A stretch of DNA of 64,000 bases from Alphaproteobacteria bacterium (lineage in GTDB: Bacteria > Pseudomonadota > Alphaproteobacteria > Rs-D84), in NCBI GenBank assembly GCA_017502865.1, contig JAFVUD010000005.1, forward strand, positions 16,007-80,006, given 5' to 3'. The position numbers were made by a program, and so were the translations under genes. The notes under the pieces were generated by a model. The model made no database searches, was not told where the DNA came from, and worked only from the letters and a program-made list of their open reading frames with translations. This document shows positions 1-9,500 of this stretch, in pieces (position 1 is the first letter of the stretch; each line of letters begins with the position of its first letter).

Positions 1-129
1 TGGGTGTATATCACGATTGTTCCACGCATCCATAAATGATTTCAGGACGTCTGCATGCCCGACCAGGCTTTCATTGTCCATCGGGTGCGGAAATTCGTAT
101 TCAACTGTCTTCTTTTTCTTGGGTGCCAT
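1..129 (-). CDS. holB: DNA polymerase III delta-prime subunit, N-terminal fragment (gene runs off the left edge)
   Basis: ATG at 129..127. Translation MAPKKKKTVEYEFPHPMDNESLVGHADVLKSFMDAWNNRDIHP fits the HP..x..L.GH...l..aw pattern of delta-prime N-termini. Only 43 codons are visible. Confidence 0.45.
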   Translation of the reverse strand, partial: MAPKKKKTVEYEFPHPMDNESLVGHADVLKSFMDAWNNRDIHP

Positions 130-131
130 AA

Positions 132-1310
132 CTATCTGCCTAAAAATATAATCTGTGCATTTTTAATAATTCTGCGAATAAATTGAATCTTTTTAACACG
201 ATTCTTGGCAACTAATTTGGCACGCTTGATAACACGGCCGTCTTGTTCTGCAATAATTTCGCCAACTTCGTCACCTGCACGAATTGGTGCCGCCAGCGGT
301 TCGTTAAATCGTGCCAACACCCGCACATCCTTCAAACCCGTTTCCTTGGCAACTGTAATTGCAAATGGTTCATTGACGGTCGCTTCGACCGCATCATCAC
401 GGCCATACCAAACTGGAATCTTGGTCACAACATCACCCGGACGATAGAATACTTTGTTCATAGTTGTCGCAAACCCATGGTTCAGCAACTTTTTCATTTC
501 CGCCGCCAACGCATCGTGACCCTTGCCATTGAATCCATTTATAACCCCAACCAGGCGACGACCACCAACAACTGCACTGGCCACCATGCCGTATCCACCA
601 TCGTTCGTGTGACCTGTCTTCATGCCATCGGCCCCCGGCATAATGAACAATAATTTGTTATAGTTCATTGTATGTGTCCGTCCCCATTCACGACACCAAT
701 CGGTCTGGTGTTCTTTGAATTCGAAGCGCTTTGTTGCAAATAACGGATACAAATCTGGATAGTCTGCAATCAAATGCAGCCCCAGTGTGGCCAATTCACG
801 GCTGGTCATCAAATTGTTAGGGTTGGGCAAACCGCTGGCATTGCCAAACGTAGATAATGGCATGCCAATACTGCGTGCCTTGCTTTCCATCATTGCAGTA
901 AATGCACTTTCGGAACCGGCTAATTTTTCCGCCACCACCACAGACGCATCACCACCCGATAATACAATCAGCCCCAAAATCAAATCACGCACAGTAATCG
1001 TCTGGCCTGCACGCAGACAAATCTTGCTGGCTGGGTACCATTCTGGATTTTCATAGTCTGCATTCGGCCCCACCGGAATCCGGTCGTCCAATGTTAAATT
1101 GCCTGCCTTGATTTCGTCAAACAACACCGCCAACGTCATCAATTTAATCATAGACGATGGTGGCATCAATGTGTCTGCATTTTTTGCGACAATTTCTGTC
1201 CCAGAATCATAATCGACCAGGAACGCAGATTTTGCCTTGGTCTTAAACTCGGCGGCGTTTGCCACGCCACACACACACGCTAATAAAATGGTAAATAATT
1301 TCTTTTTCAT
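132..1310 (-). CDS. D-alanyl-D-alanine carboxypeptidase (serine peptidase S11, PBP5/6-like) with signal peptide
   Basis: 392-aa ORF. Signal peptide MKKKLFTILLACVCGVANA; SxxK motif SMIK; KTG motif MKTGHT. Confidence 0.85.
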   Translation of the reverse strand: MKKKLFTILLACVCGVANAAEFKTKAKSAFLVDYDSGTEIVAKNADTLMPPSSMIKLMTLAVLFDEIKAGNLTLDDRIPVGPNADYENPEWYPASKICLRAGQTITVRDLILGLIVLSGGDASVVVAEKLAGSESAFTAMMESKARSIGMPLSTFGNASGLPNPNNLMTSRELATLGLHLIADYPDLYPLFATKRFEFKEHQTDWCREWGRTHTMNYNKLLFIMPGADGMKTGHTNDGGYGMVASAVVGGRRLVGVINGFNGKGHDALAAEMKKLLNHGFATTMNKVFYRPGDVVTKIPVWYGRDDAVEATVNEPFAITVAKETGLKDVRVLARFNEPLAAPIRAGDEVGEIIAEQDGRVIKRAKLVAKNRVKKIQFIRRIIKNAQIIFLGR

Positions 1311-1354
1311 ACCCCGATACTAGCAATAAAATATCGGACTTGCCAACATATTTT

Positions 1355-2581
1355 TTACTGAATTTTTCCAATAAAATAATCGCCTTGGATTTCGGTCAAA
1401 ATCACATCGCAAATTGTGCGTGGCGGAACGGTCGTGCCTTCGATTTTTACAGAAATGTCGTGTGGACAACGGGCTATATTGTTTTCTTCAACCAATACTT
1501 GAACACGTTGCCGCAATTGTTTTTGCATAAATTCGATTTTGTTTTCATTTGCAATTGCTGTAATTTGTCGCACCCGTTCTTTGGAAATTGCACGATTTAC
1601 CTGGCCCGGCATATCGGCAGCAACTGTCCCGGGGCGGGGCGAAAATGGAAATGCATGAATTTTGATAGGCTTGGTTGCCCGAACCAAATCCAGTGTTTCG
1701 TTAAACAGTTCTTCTGTCTCGCCTGGGAAGCCACAAATTATATCCCAACTGAACGTAATTTTATCGCCCCCACGTGTCATTCGTTTTGCCACCATGTCGG
1801 CGGTGTGACGACGACGCATAGATTTCAGTATTGTATCCGACCCCGACTGCATAGAAAAATGCATATGTGGCATCATGCGTTGGTCCGATAAAATTAAATC
1901 TATAATCTTGTCCACTTCTGGCACAGCCGGATCAACCGAAGACAATCGCAGCCGTTTAATCCCTGGTACGTCGTTTAATAATGCCCGACACAAATCAGAA
2001 ATCATAAATGCACGCCCATCACGCAATTGGGCGTATGATGCAATATCAACACCTGTCAAAACAATTTCACCAAATCCATTTTCAACCGCCGCCCGAACAT
2101 CCGTTAAAATATCGTCATATTCAAAAGACACTGCCGGCCCACGCAGAAAACGTGTGACACAGTATGTGCAATCGTGGTTGCAACCATTTTGAATTTGAAT
2201 AAATTGCTTGGACAGTCGGTCGTCTGTGCTGCGGAATTTGACAATCTTTGGACTTGCTATATTGCATGGTCGTGCCAGCATTGCCGCCTGATATGCACTT
2301 AAATTCGTTTTGACCAAATTATCCACCACCATCGTGTTTGGAATATCACTGAACAGCCCCGGATTGCGGTTGACCGCACACCCCGTCACAAAAACAGGTG
2401 CATCTGGGTTTTCACGAACAATTTTTCGTACGGCTTGTCCAGATTGGCGTTCTGCTTCGCCGGTGACCGCACAGGTGTTAACAACAATTGCCGTATCTAT
2501 CACCGGGCTCAGCATTTTTTGAATCTTTTCAGATTCCAATGCGTTCAGTCGGCATCCAAAAGTCAGTGTTTTAATGCTCAT
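1355..2581 (-). CDS. mtaB: MiaB-like radical-SAM methylthiotransferase (MtaB type)
   Basis: 408 aa. N-terminal UPF0004-like FGCRLNALESE, radical-SAM CNHDCTYC, C-terminal TRAM-like tail. Confidence 0.75.
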   Translation of the reverse strand: MSIKTLTFGCRLNALESEKIQKMLSPVIDTAIVVNTCAVTGEAERQSGQAVRKIVRENPDAPVFVTGCAVNRNPGLFSDIPNTMVVDNLVKTNLSAYQAAMLARPCNIASPKIVKFRSTDDRLSKQFIQIQNGCNHDCTYCVTRFLRGPAVSFEYDDILTDVRAAVENGFGEIVLTGVDIASYAQLRDGRAFMISDLCRALLNDVPGIKRLRLSSVDPAVPEVDKIIDLILSDQRMMPHMHFSMQSGSDTILKSMRRRHTADMVAKRMTRGGDKITFSWDIICGFPGETEELFNETLDLVRATKPIKIHAFPFSPRPGTVAADMPGQVNRAISKERVRQITAIANENKIEFMQKQLRQRVQVLVEENNIARCPHDISVKIEGTTVPPRTICDVILTEIQGDYFIGKIQ

Positions 2582-2660
2582 TTACGATTTTCTGCTTGCT
2601 TTTTTTATAATCATAATGCATTATAGCGGGGTTAAAAATGATTTCAACAAAGGATTTATC

Positions 2661-3038
2661 ATGGCCCGTACAACAAATTCTGATACATTACCATATGTAG
2701 AAAGCCGTTATGAACTGGGGATGTTGGCAACCCAACGTGTCCGTGATTTGAACGGTGGTGCAGAACCTGTGGTTGAAAAAGGTAACGATAAAATGACTGT
2801 TGTTGCCCTGCGTGAAATTGCCAGTGGCAAATTGGACGTGAATGCGGTTCGTCACGAATTTGTTCAGTCTTATAAAGAATCACCTGCCTTGCCAGATGGC
2901 GAAGAATCTCTGGAAATCGGCAGCGAAGATCCAATGTTGCGTGAAATTGATGCCGAATTGGAAAGCGTTCTGGGTGAAGAAGAACCAATCATCATCGCCG
3001 AAGAACCAGAAACTGCTGAATCAGACGACGCAGAATAA
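2661..3038 (+). CDS. rpoZ: DNA-directed RNA polymerase omega subunit with acidic C-terminal tail
   Basis: Internal ATG at 2661 preceded by AAAGGA. MARTTNSDTLPYVESRYELGMLATQRVRDL is a typical RpoZ N-terminus. The upstream 29 codons of the track ORF were rejected. Confidence 0.85.
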   Translation: MARTTNSDTLPYVESRYELGMLATQRVRDLNGGAEPVVEKGNDKMTVVALREIASGKLDVNAVRHEFVQSYKESPALPDGEESLEIGSEDPMLREIDAELESVLGEEEPIIIAEEPETAESDDAE

Positions 3039-3048
3039 TCCCAGACCC

Positions 3049-3139
3049 GGAGATGTCGCATAGTTGGTCTAGTGCGCCACATTGGAAATGTGGTATACTC
3101 GCAAGGGTATCAAGGGTTCGAATCCCTTCATCTCCGCCA
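3049..3139 (+). tRNA. tRNA-Ser (anticodon GGA), CCA encoded
   Basis: Acceptor GGAGATG/CATCTCC, anticodon loop TTGGAAA, long variable arm, T-arm AGGGTTCGAATCCCT, 3' GCCA. Confidence 0.95.
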
Positions 3140-3150
3140 GGAATAAAAAA

Positions 3151-3176
3151 ATGCCCCGCATGGGGTATTTTTTTAT
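3151..3176 (+). terminator. Rho-independent terminator after tRNA-Ser(GGA)
   Basis: ATGCCCC-GCAT-GGGGTAT hairpin followed by a T-run. Confidence 0.8.
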
Positions 3177-3330
3177 TCCTGTGGGTGTTGGCAGTGTGGA
3201 CGAAGCGTTTGCAATCTGTGATTGCCGGGTTCGGGGCGTCAGTTGATGAAAACGAGCCTTTTGGCGAAGTTTGAATCTTACGCAGCGAAAGGGGCCCATT
3301 GCACCAATGTGGTGCAAATGGGAATCAGAC

Positions 3331-3352
3331 AATCCCTTCATCTCCGCCAGGA
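3331..3352 (+). repeat. Direct repeat of the tRNA-Ser(GGA) 3' end (second copy of 3121..3142)
   Basis: The 22-nt sequence aatcccttcatctccgccagga occurs at 3121..3142 and again exactly 210 nt downstream. Each copy is followed by its own terminator hairpin. Confidence 0.9.
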
Positions 3353-3362
3353 CAAATAAAAA

Positions 3363-3387
3363 ACACCCCAAGTGGGGTGTTTTTTTA
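3363..3387. terminator. Bidirectional terminator hairpin
   Basis: ACACCCC-AAGT-GGGGTGT flanked by an A-run and a T-run. It abuts the stop of the minus-strand ORF at 3385. Confidence 0.75.
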
Positions 3388-3951
3388 TTCGCGTCCTTCG
3401 TGCAATTTTCTCAAATGTTTCTGGAATTCTTTTGGAATGCCAAGTGATTCTAATTGTGCTTGTGCTTCTTCAAATTTGGTCTTCAATACACCCCTGGTCA
3501 TTTTCGGGTCTTTTATCTCCAGACTACGCAGATTCTTCAGGAAAAAAAGCATATCCTGGTGCCGTTTGTCGCATTTAGCCAATGCCGCAGCCCATATATA
3601 TGATGCGGTTTTTATATTGGAACTCAAATTGCCTTCAAACGAATAATCTTTACCTTCTGGTGTTATTACATAAAATCCAGCACCATTAGGCCATCTACGC
3701 ATAGTAAATTTACCGATTTTTACACTTCTTGCATGATTGGCATTAACAGATTGGTTCCCTATACGCAGTATGCTGCCTAATTTTGATGGAATTCGTGGCT
3801 CTGCAGTTAAAACAACATCGTTACCCTTGTTCAATGAATAATATACGGTTTCTACCGTTGCTTTTACATTTTCGTCTAATAATAAATCAGCAATCTTTTT
3901 TAAAACCGCGTTTGCTTCTGCACTTTTTGTCGTTTTGTTTGGCACAGTCAT
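3385..3951 (-). CDS. Hypothetical protein (188 aa), no recognisable motif
   Basis: Long ORF that ends at a terminator. No family was recognised from the sequence. Confidence 0.5.
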   Translation of the reverse strand: MTVPNKTTKSAEANAVLKKIADLLLDENVKATVETVYYSLNKGNDVVLTAEPRIPSKLGSILRIGNQSVNANHARSVKIGKFTMRRWPNGAGFYVITPEGKDYSFEGNLSSNIKTASYIWAAALAKCDKRHQDMLFFLKNLRSLEIKDPKMTRGVLKTKFEEAQAQLESLGIPKEFQKHLRKLHEGRE

Positions 3952-4091
3952 CTCCCTTATATCAACTAAATGATATCATAAAATCCTCGATTAAGCAAAT
4001 TTGGAACTAAAACATGGATTGGTATCAGACGGCTGTGGGAAATTAAACAAACTATTTTTATTTATGTGTGATTTATGATATAATATCAACC

Positions 4092-4391
4092 ATGAAACAG
4101 ATAACTTTGGCAATTTTATTGCTGGGTATGGCTGGATGTACGTCTGGTGCATACCATGATGATGGAATGTATGTTGAACCCGAACCACAATGCGTTGGCG
4201 ATTGCTCGGTTGCTTATTCAACCCCAAATGGCAACGATTTGAAATTGGAAACGGCACACCATGTTATTCATATGCAGTCTGCCCCAAATAAACAGTACGC
4301 ATACTATGTATGGTCGGGCGACAAAGATTATACAGATGATCCCGACATCATCGTTGAAAATGGCGAAGCGATGGTATTGGTCGCAGAATAA
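4092..4391 (+). CDS. Small lipoprotein
   Basis: MKQITLAILLLGMAGC has a lipobox (L-G-M-A-G-C). The ATG at 4092 is chosen over the track start at 4068. Confidence 0.6.
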   Translation: MKQITLAILLLGMAGCTSGAYHDDGMYVEPEPQCVGDCSVAYSTPNGNDLKLETAHHVIHMQSAPNKQYAYYVWSGDKDYTDDPDIIVENGEAMVLVAE

Positions 4392-4397
4392 AGAATT

Positions 4398-4421
4398 ACC
4401 CACCAAACGGTGGGTGTTTTA
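4398..4421. terminator. Bidirectional terminator between convergent genes
   Basis: ACCCACC-AAAC-GGTGGGT followed by a T-run. Confidence 0.75.
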
Positions 4422-5228
4422 TTGTCTGAAAACCGCACTGTTAAAGAATTCCAACACGTCTTTTTTCATTTCATCAAAACTGACCGGCGACATTAAATCA
4501 TTGTCTGCGTCTGGATAAATAATCACCGTCAGGCTGTCTGTATTATAGCCCTGGTATGCGTTATACAGTTGTTGTGCCAATCGGCCCCGCATGGTAAAAG
4601 CATCTTGGCCACCGCTGATAATCAGCAACGGTGTCTGGCATTCGTTTTCATATTTCATTTTATCCAGGTTTTGAAACAACGAATGATAAAAACCATAGTT
4701 CAAATATTGAATCTGCTTGTTCCGGCCCCGCATCGGGAACAGGTTTTCTATCATTCGTGCCGGTGCTGCATCACCAAACAGTTTTTTGCCAATCCAACTG
4801 ATTGCGTTCAGGGTGTTCAGCATACCATATGAATATTTTCCGGCCCCCGACATACAAACCCCCGCCGTACACAGGTCTGCCTGCATCAGCAACTTTTGTG
4901 CAATAAACGCGCCCCACGCATGCCCAAATATTAAAACCGGTAATCTAAATCTTATTTTCAGGTATTTTATAATTTGCGTATGTGCATTTACAGATTTATC
5001 AAATGCATCTGCGGTATTTTCGACAATATTGCACGTACCGAACACAACATATCCATTCACGTTCAGGTATTCTGCAAATTCCTGATACCGTTCAATGGTG
5101 TCGTCAATTCCACACATAATCAGTACGATTGCACGTGGCCGTTTTGTTTCATTCCATACAGTACAGAAAATATTTTGCCCATCGGTTGTTGTGAAATATT
5201 CGTGTGTCATGGTGCGACTCCTGTTCAC
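4419..5228 (-). CDS. Alpha/beta-hydrolase-fold protein (lysophospholipase/monoacylglycerol-lipase-like) with a substituted nucleophile
   Basis: 269 aa. The nucleophile elbow reads FGHAWGAF (G-H-A-W-G), with Ala where Ser is expected. The C-terminal position where His is expected reads PDADNDL. Confidence 0.65.
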   Translation of the reverse strand: MNRSRTMTHEYFTTTDGQNIFCTVWNETKRPRAIVLIMCGIDDTIERYQEFAEYLNVNGYVVFGTCNIVENTADAFDKSVNAHTQIIKYLKIRFRLPVLIFGHAWGAFIAQKLLMQADLCTAGVCMSGAGKYSYGMLNTLNAISWIGKKLFGDAAPARMIENLFPMRGRNKQIQYLNYGFYHSLFQNLDKMKYENECQTPLLIISGGQDAFTMRGRLAQQLYNAYQGYNTDSLTVIIYPDADNDLMSPVSFDEMKKDVLEFFNSAVFRQ

Positions 5229-5283
5229 CAGAAATCATACATATTTTCACACCCCAATGTCATAGGTTTGAATTCTTTGGAAT

Positions 5284-6441
5284 TTATGCATATTTTGCAG
5301 CCACACGGGCACTGGCCCATGCCCAATGCAAATTAAAACCGCCCAAATCACCGGCAATATCCAGCACTTCGCCGACAAAAAACAGACCCGGCTGCAATTG
5401 TGATTCCATTGTTTTTGATGAAATCTTGTCGGTCGATACACCACCACGTACAACCTCGGCACTTTGCAGATTGTGCAGTTTTATATTACCCGCATCGATT
5501 TTGAATTGGGATACAGAATTTGCAATTTTCAATATATCTTTATCTGGCATATCCGCAATACGTCGTTCGTCATTTTGTGCGAAATACCGGGCCAGTCGCC
5601 GTGGCATATACAGTTCCAACACACCCGCCACCGACTTTTTCCCCATTGTCCGTTTTGCATCACGCATAATCTGGGCAATATCTTTGCCCGGACAGAAATT
5701 TATCATAATTCCATCATCAAAATCCCGCACACTGGCCCGATATACCGCCGGCCCGCCAATGCCAAAATGCGTAAACAGCAAAGAATCCGCAATGATTTCC
5801 CGACCAACTTTGATTTCAACTTCTGTTGTCACACCGGCCAAATCTGGGTCAAAATCTTGAACTGCCATCCCACACAGGGCAGGGCGCAACGGAATAATTT
5901 TATGACCGAATTTCTTGGCAATTTTATGCCCAACATCTGACACCCCCAATACCCCAAAAGACGTCCCGCCCGATGCAATAATCACAGAATCCGCAATAAA
6001 ATTCCCACGATTTGTTTGTATGGTAAATTGGTTGTTTATAAATTCTGCATCTTGGACAACGGTTTCGTATTTAATATCCACACCATCTGCATCGTCCATT
6101 AATGCTGCAACAACTGCATCTGCCCCCTGAACACAGAAGTATTGCCCAGGTGCTTTTTCCGTGACACTTAAATTATGTGTGGTCATCCAATCCAAAATGT
6201 CACCGGGTTTTGTGTTTGCCAATGCACTGCGAACAAAGTTCACATTTTCCCCAAAATATCTGGTGTGATTTGCATTCATATTTGTAATATTGCACCGGCC
6301 ACCGCCAGATGCAGCAACCTTGCGTCCCGGGGTTGTTCCCATGTCCAGCACGGCAACCCGCCGCCCACGTTGTGCCAAGCCCGCTGCCGCCATCATGCCC
6401 GCTGCACCACCACCAATAATAATCACATCATATTTTTTCAT
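5284..6441 (-). CDS. HI0933/YhiN-family FAD-dependent oxidoreductase
   Basis: MKKYDVIIIGGGAAGMMAA Rossmann motif. The 385-aa length and the C-terminal GEVLDIAGDLGGFNLHWAW are typical of the family. Confidence 0.8.
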   Translation of the reverse strand: MKKYDVIIIGGGAAGMMAAAGLAQRGRRVAVLDMGTTPGRKVAASGGGRCNITNMNANHTRYFGENVNFVRSALANTKPGDILDWMTTHNLSVTEKAPGQYFCVQGADAVVAALMDDADGVDIKYETVVQDAEFINNQFTIQTNRGNFIADSVIIASGGTSFGVLGVSDVGHKIAKKFGHKIIPLRPALCGMAVQDFDPDLAGVTTEVEIKVGREIIADSLLFTHFGIGGPAVYRASVRDFDDGIMINFCPGKDIAQIMRDAKRTMGKKSVAGVLELYMPRRLARYFAQNDERRIADMPDKDILKIANSVSQFKIDAGNIKLHNLQSAEVVRGGVSTDKISSKTMESQLQPGLFFVGEVLDIAGDLGGFNLHWAWASARVAAKYA

Positions 6442-6503
6442 TATGTTATTACTTTAATTGTTTTCCAGAAAAAATCCAGCCCCCAAATCTGGGGGCTGTC
6501 CTT

Positions 6504-9500
6504 TTACCAAGGCATATATCCATCATAACATTCACGGATACACTTCTTGCTGTAATCATCCCAGTACATATATCCTGTTTCGTCGCGGTGTTCTTCTTCG
6601 CTGCAAATTGGGATACACTCGTTCCCTTCCAGGATATACTTTTCACCCTGATACATACATGTTGCGATTTCACATCCGTTCACATAACTGCTTACTGCAA
6701 CTTCGCCCAGGACACTGAACTTGTTCTTGCACTGGCCGCATTGTTTTGAATGTTCATTGGTTTCGAATTTATCATTTGTATAACCTGGGTCACAGACGGT
6801 TGCCTGGCATTCACCCCATGATTTTGTCACATGATTCCATTCTTTGATACCAATACCATTTTCAACAACACAGTCTTGGATATCGGCCACACATGCATTT
6901 GACATCAAATGATATTCTTCGGCACATTCTGTAATTGTGCAGATACCATAAGACTTGGTATTTTTGTTCCAAACCTGTTGTGCGGCAACCGCATTTGGTG
7001 CAGAACATTCCACAACATTTGCATCGCAACGTGAACCGTTTGGATGATAGCCGCTGACACATGTTTCAACCGCACATACGCCTGTGTTATTATATGTCAA
7101 CGCATTTTCACGATCACATGCTTCGCAGTGTCCAGATTTCATTTCATAGCCCGTGCGACATTCCGTCACGACACAAACACCGTCAACAACTTTACATGGA
7201 TTGCCATCTGGGTCTGTCCATGTATAGTCACACTGTTCTGGCCAGAATACAGTATCTTTTGCTGCAACGCCGACACCATTTTCGATTTCTGTGCGTGGAC
7301 AGTTGGCATAGCACTGTTCTGCCTTGCTTGCCCCCTTAACCGACAGGATATGTGTGCCACCGGTCAGTTCACTACATGACTTTGGTTCACCATCCCAATC
7401 TGGGTCGCTTGGGTCACAAACCATGCCTTCTGGACACAGTACACATGCGCCATTGCTCAGGAAATATCCCGCAGCACATGCTGTGATTTCACAAGTGTCC
7501 GCCATACCATAGTAGTCACGCCCAGACATTTCTGCTGCATTTGCACCCATTGCACATGTTGCATAGCACTGGTTAACATTACTAATACCTGCATCAGACA
7601 TTGTATGCGTACCACCGGTTAATGTCGAACATGTCTTTGGTTTGTCGTCCCAGCCTGGGTCACTTGGGTCACATACGCTGCCTGCTGGACAGACTTCGCA
7701 TGTGCCATTACTTAAATAGTACCCCGCACCACATGCTGCGATTTCACAAGTGTCCGCCATGCCATAGTAATCACGGCCAGACATTTCTGCTGCGTTTGCA
7801 CCTGTTGCACACGTTGTATAGCACATGTTGATGTCGCTGTTGCCCGCATCAGACATTGTGTGTGTACCACCGGTCAGTTCACTACATGACTTTGGTTCGC
7901 CGTCCCAGTCTGGATCGTGTGGGTCACACACGCTGCCTGCTGGGCAAACAACACATGCACCGTCGCTTAAATAATAGCCTTCGTCACAAATTGTCACTTC
8001 GCATGTGTCTGCGATGCCATAGTAATCACGTCCAATAATTTCCATAACATTTTCTGGTTTCTGGCAATCGGTATAGCACATGCTTTCGTCACTGGTCCCC
8101 AGATCTGATTCTGCATGTGTGCCGCCGGTCAATTCATAGCAGTCTTTTGGTTCGTGGTCTGAACCCGGATAGCACACGCCACCTTCTGGACAAATGATAC
8201 ATGCTTCGCCATCTTTCACATAATAGCCACCTTCGCATGATACGACCTCGCATGAATCTGGCACGTTTTCACCATAATAATCAACCCCGGTCATTTCTGT
8301 CGCATTTTCCACCTTTGCACAGTCTGCATAACACATATTGACGTCGCTGTTACCTGTTTCAGACATAGTGTATTTACCACCTGTCATTTCTGCACATGTC
8401 TTTGGTTCGCCGTCCCAGTCTGGGTCGCTTGGGTCACACACACTGCCTGCTGGGCAGGGGTCGCATCTGCCATTGTTTAGGAAATATCCCGCAGCACATG
8501 CTGTGATTTCACAAGTGTCCGTTATGCCATAGTAATCACGTCCAGACATTTCTGTTGCGTTTACACCCATTGCACACGTTGTATAGCACATATTGATGTC
8601 ACTGATACCTTCGTCTGACAATTTATGTGAACCATTGGTCAGTTCTGAACATGTCTTTGGTTCGCCGTCCCAGTCTGGATCCGTTGGGTCACAAACCATG
8701 CCTTCTGGACAGATTTCGCATTTTCCATCCAACTCATAGTATCCGGCACCGCAGCCATCGACTTCGCATGTTGTACAGTTTGTGTAATTACCTGTTGCTT
8801 CATCGTAATTACATGTCTGCAAACCTGAACCATTTGCGATTTCGCATTCAACTTCTTCGTGATAGCATTCTGCCGCACTTGCACTGGTCTGGGTTGCGGT
8901 CAATCCATCGTCTGGACACATTTGACGTGCAATCATATAATTGGTGAATGTTTCATGTGCAACCGGTCCATAGTAACCATAGTCCACCGGTGAACAGTCT
9001 GCATCTTGGTCATTTTCCCACCAATATCCATCATCACACTGTTGCATAATGATTGTGCCACAGTTTGTATCATAAACACTTGTCGCATCGTTGTAATAGC
9101 ACAACTGAACGCCCGACCCGTGTTCTGCCACGTATGGTGTATCTGTCTTATAGCAGAATGTAGATGCCGTTGCTGTTGTGCCTGATGTTAAGCCGCCTTC
9201 TGGACATGGGTCACGGTTCACATCATCTTTTTCACTGTAATAGTTCTGGCCAACTTCGACACAGTCAATTGCCGATGCGTTTTCACGATAATAACCGCCA
9301 TTACATTTTGTAATCACTTTGTCACGACAGTCTGTTTCGTACTTTGCACTTGAACCTTCACCACTGGTATATGTACATGTCTGGGTACCTGAACCGTTGC
9401 CCGATGCAGGGGTGTATGCCAACCCTGTCTTAAAGCATTCGTTCACAGTCGCCGCAGTCGCCGTATCGGTCACACCATTATTTGGACATGCTGTACGTGT

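Noticed and set aside
3053-3371. ORFs 3053-3274(+), 3069-3371(-) and 3299-3646(+), plus their counterparts 34659-35195(-) and 34699-35133(+).
   Set aside because: They read through tRNA-Ser genes, terminator hairpins and the duplicated tRNA ends. The shared peptide fragments (e.g. RIPSSPPEIK) are simply translated tRNA sequence.
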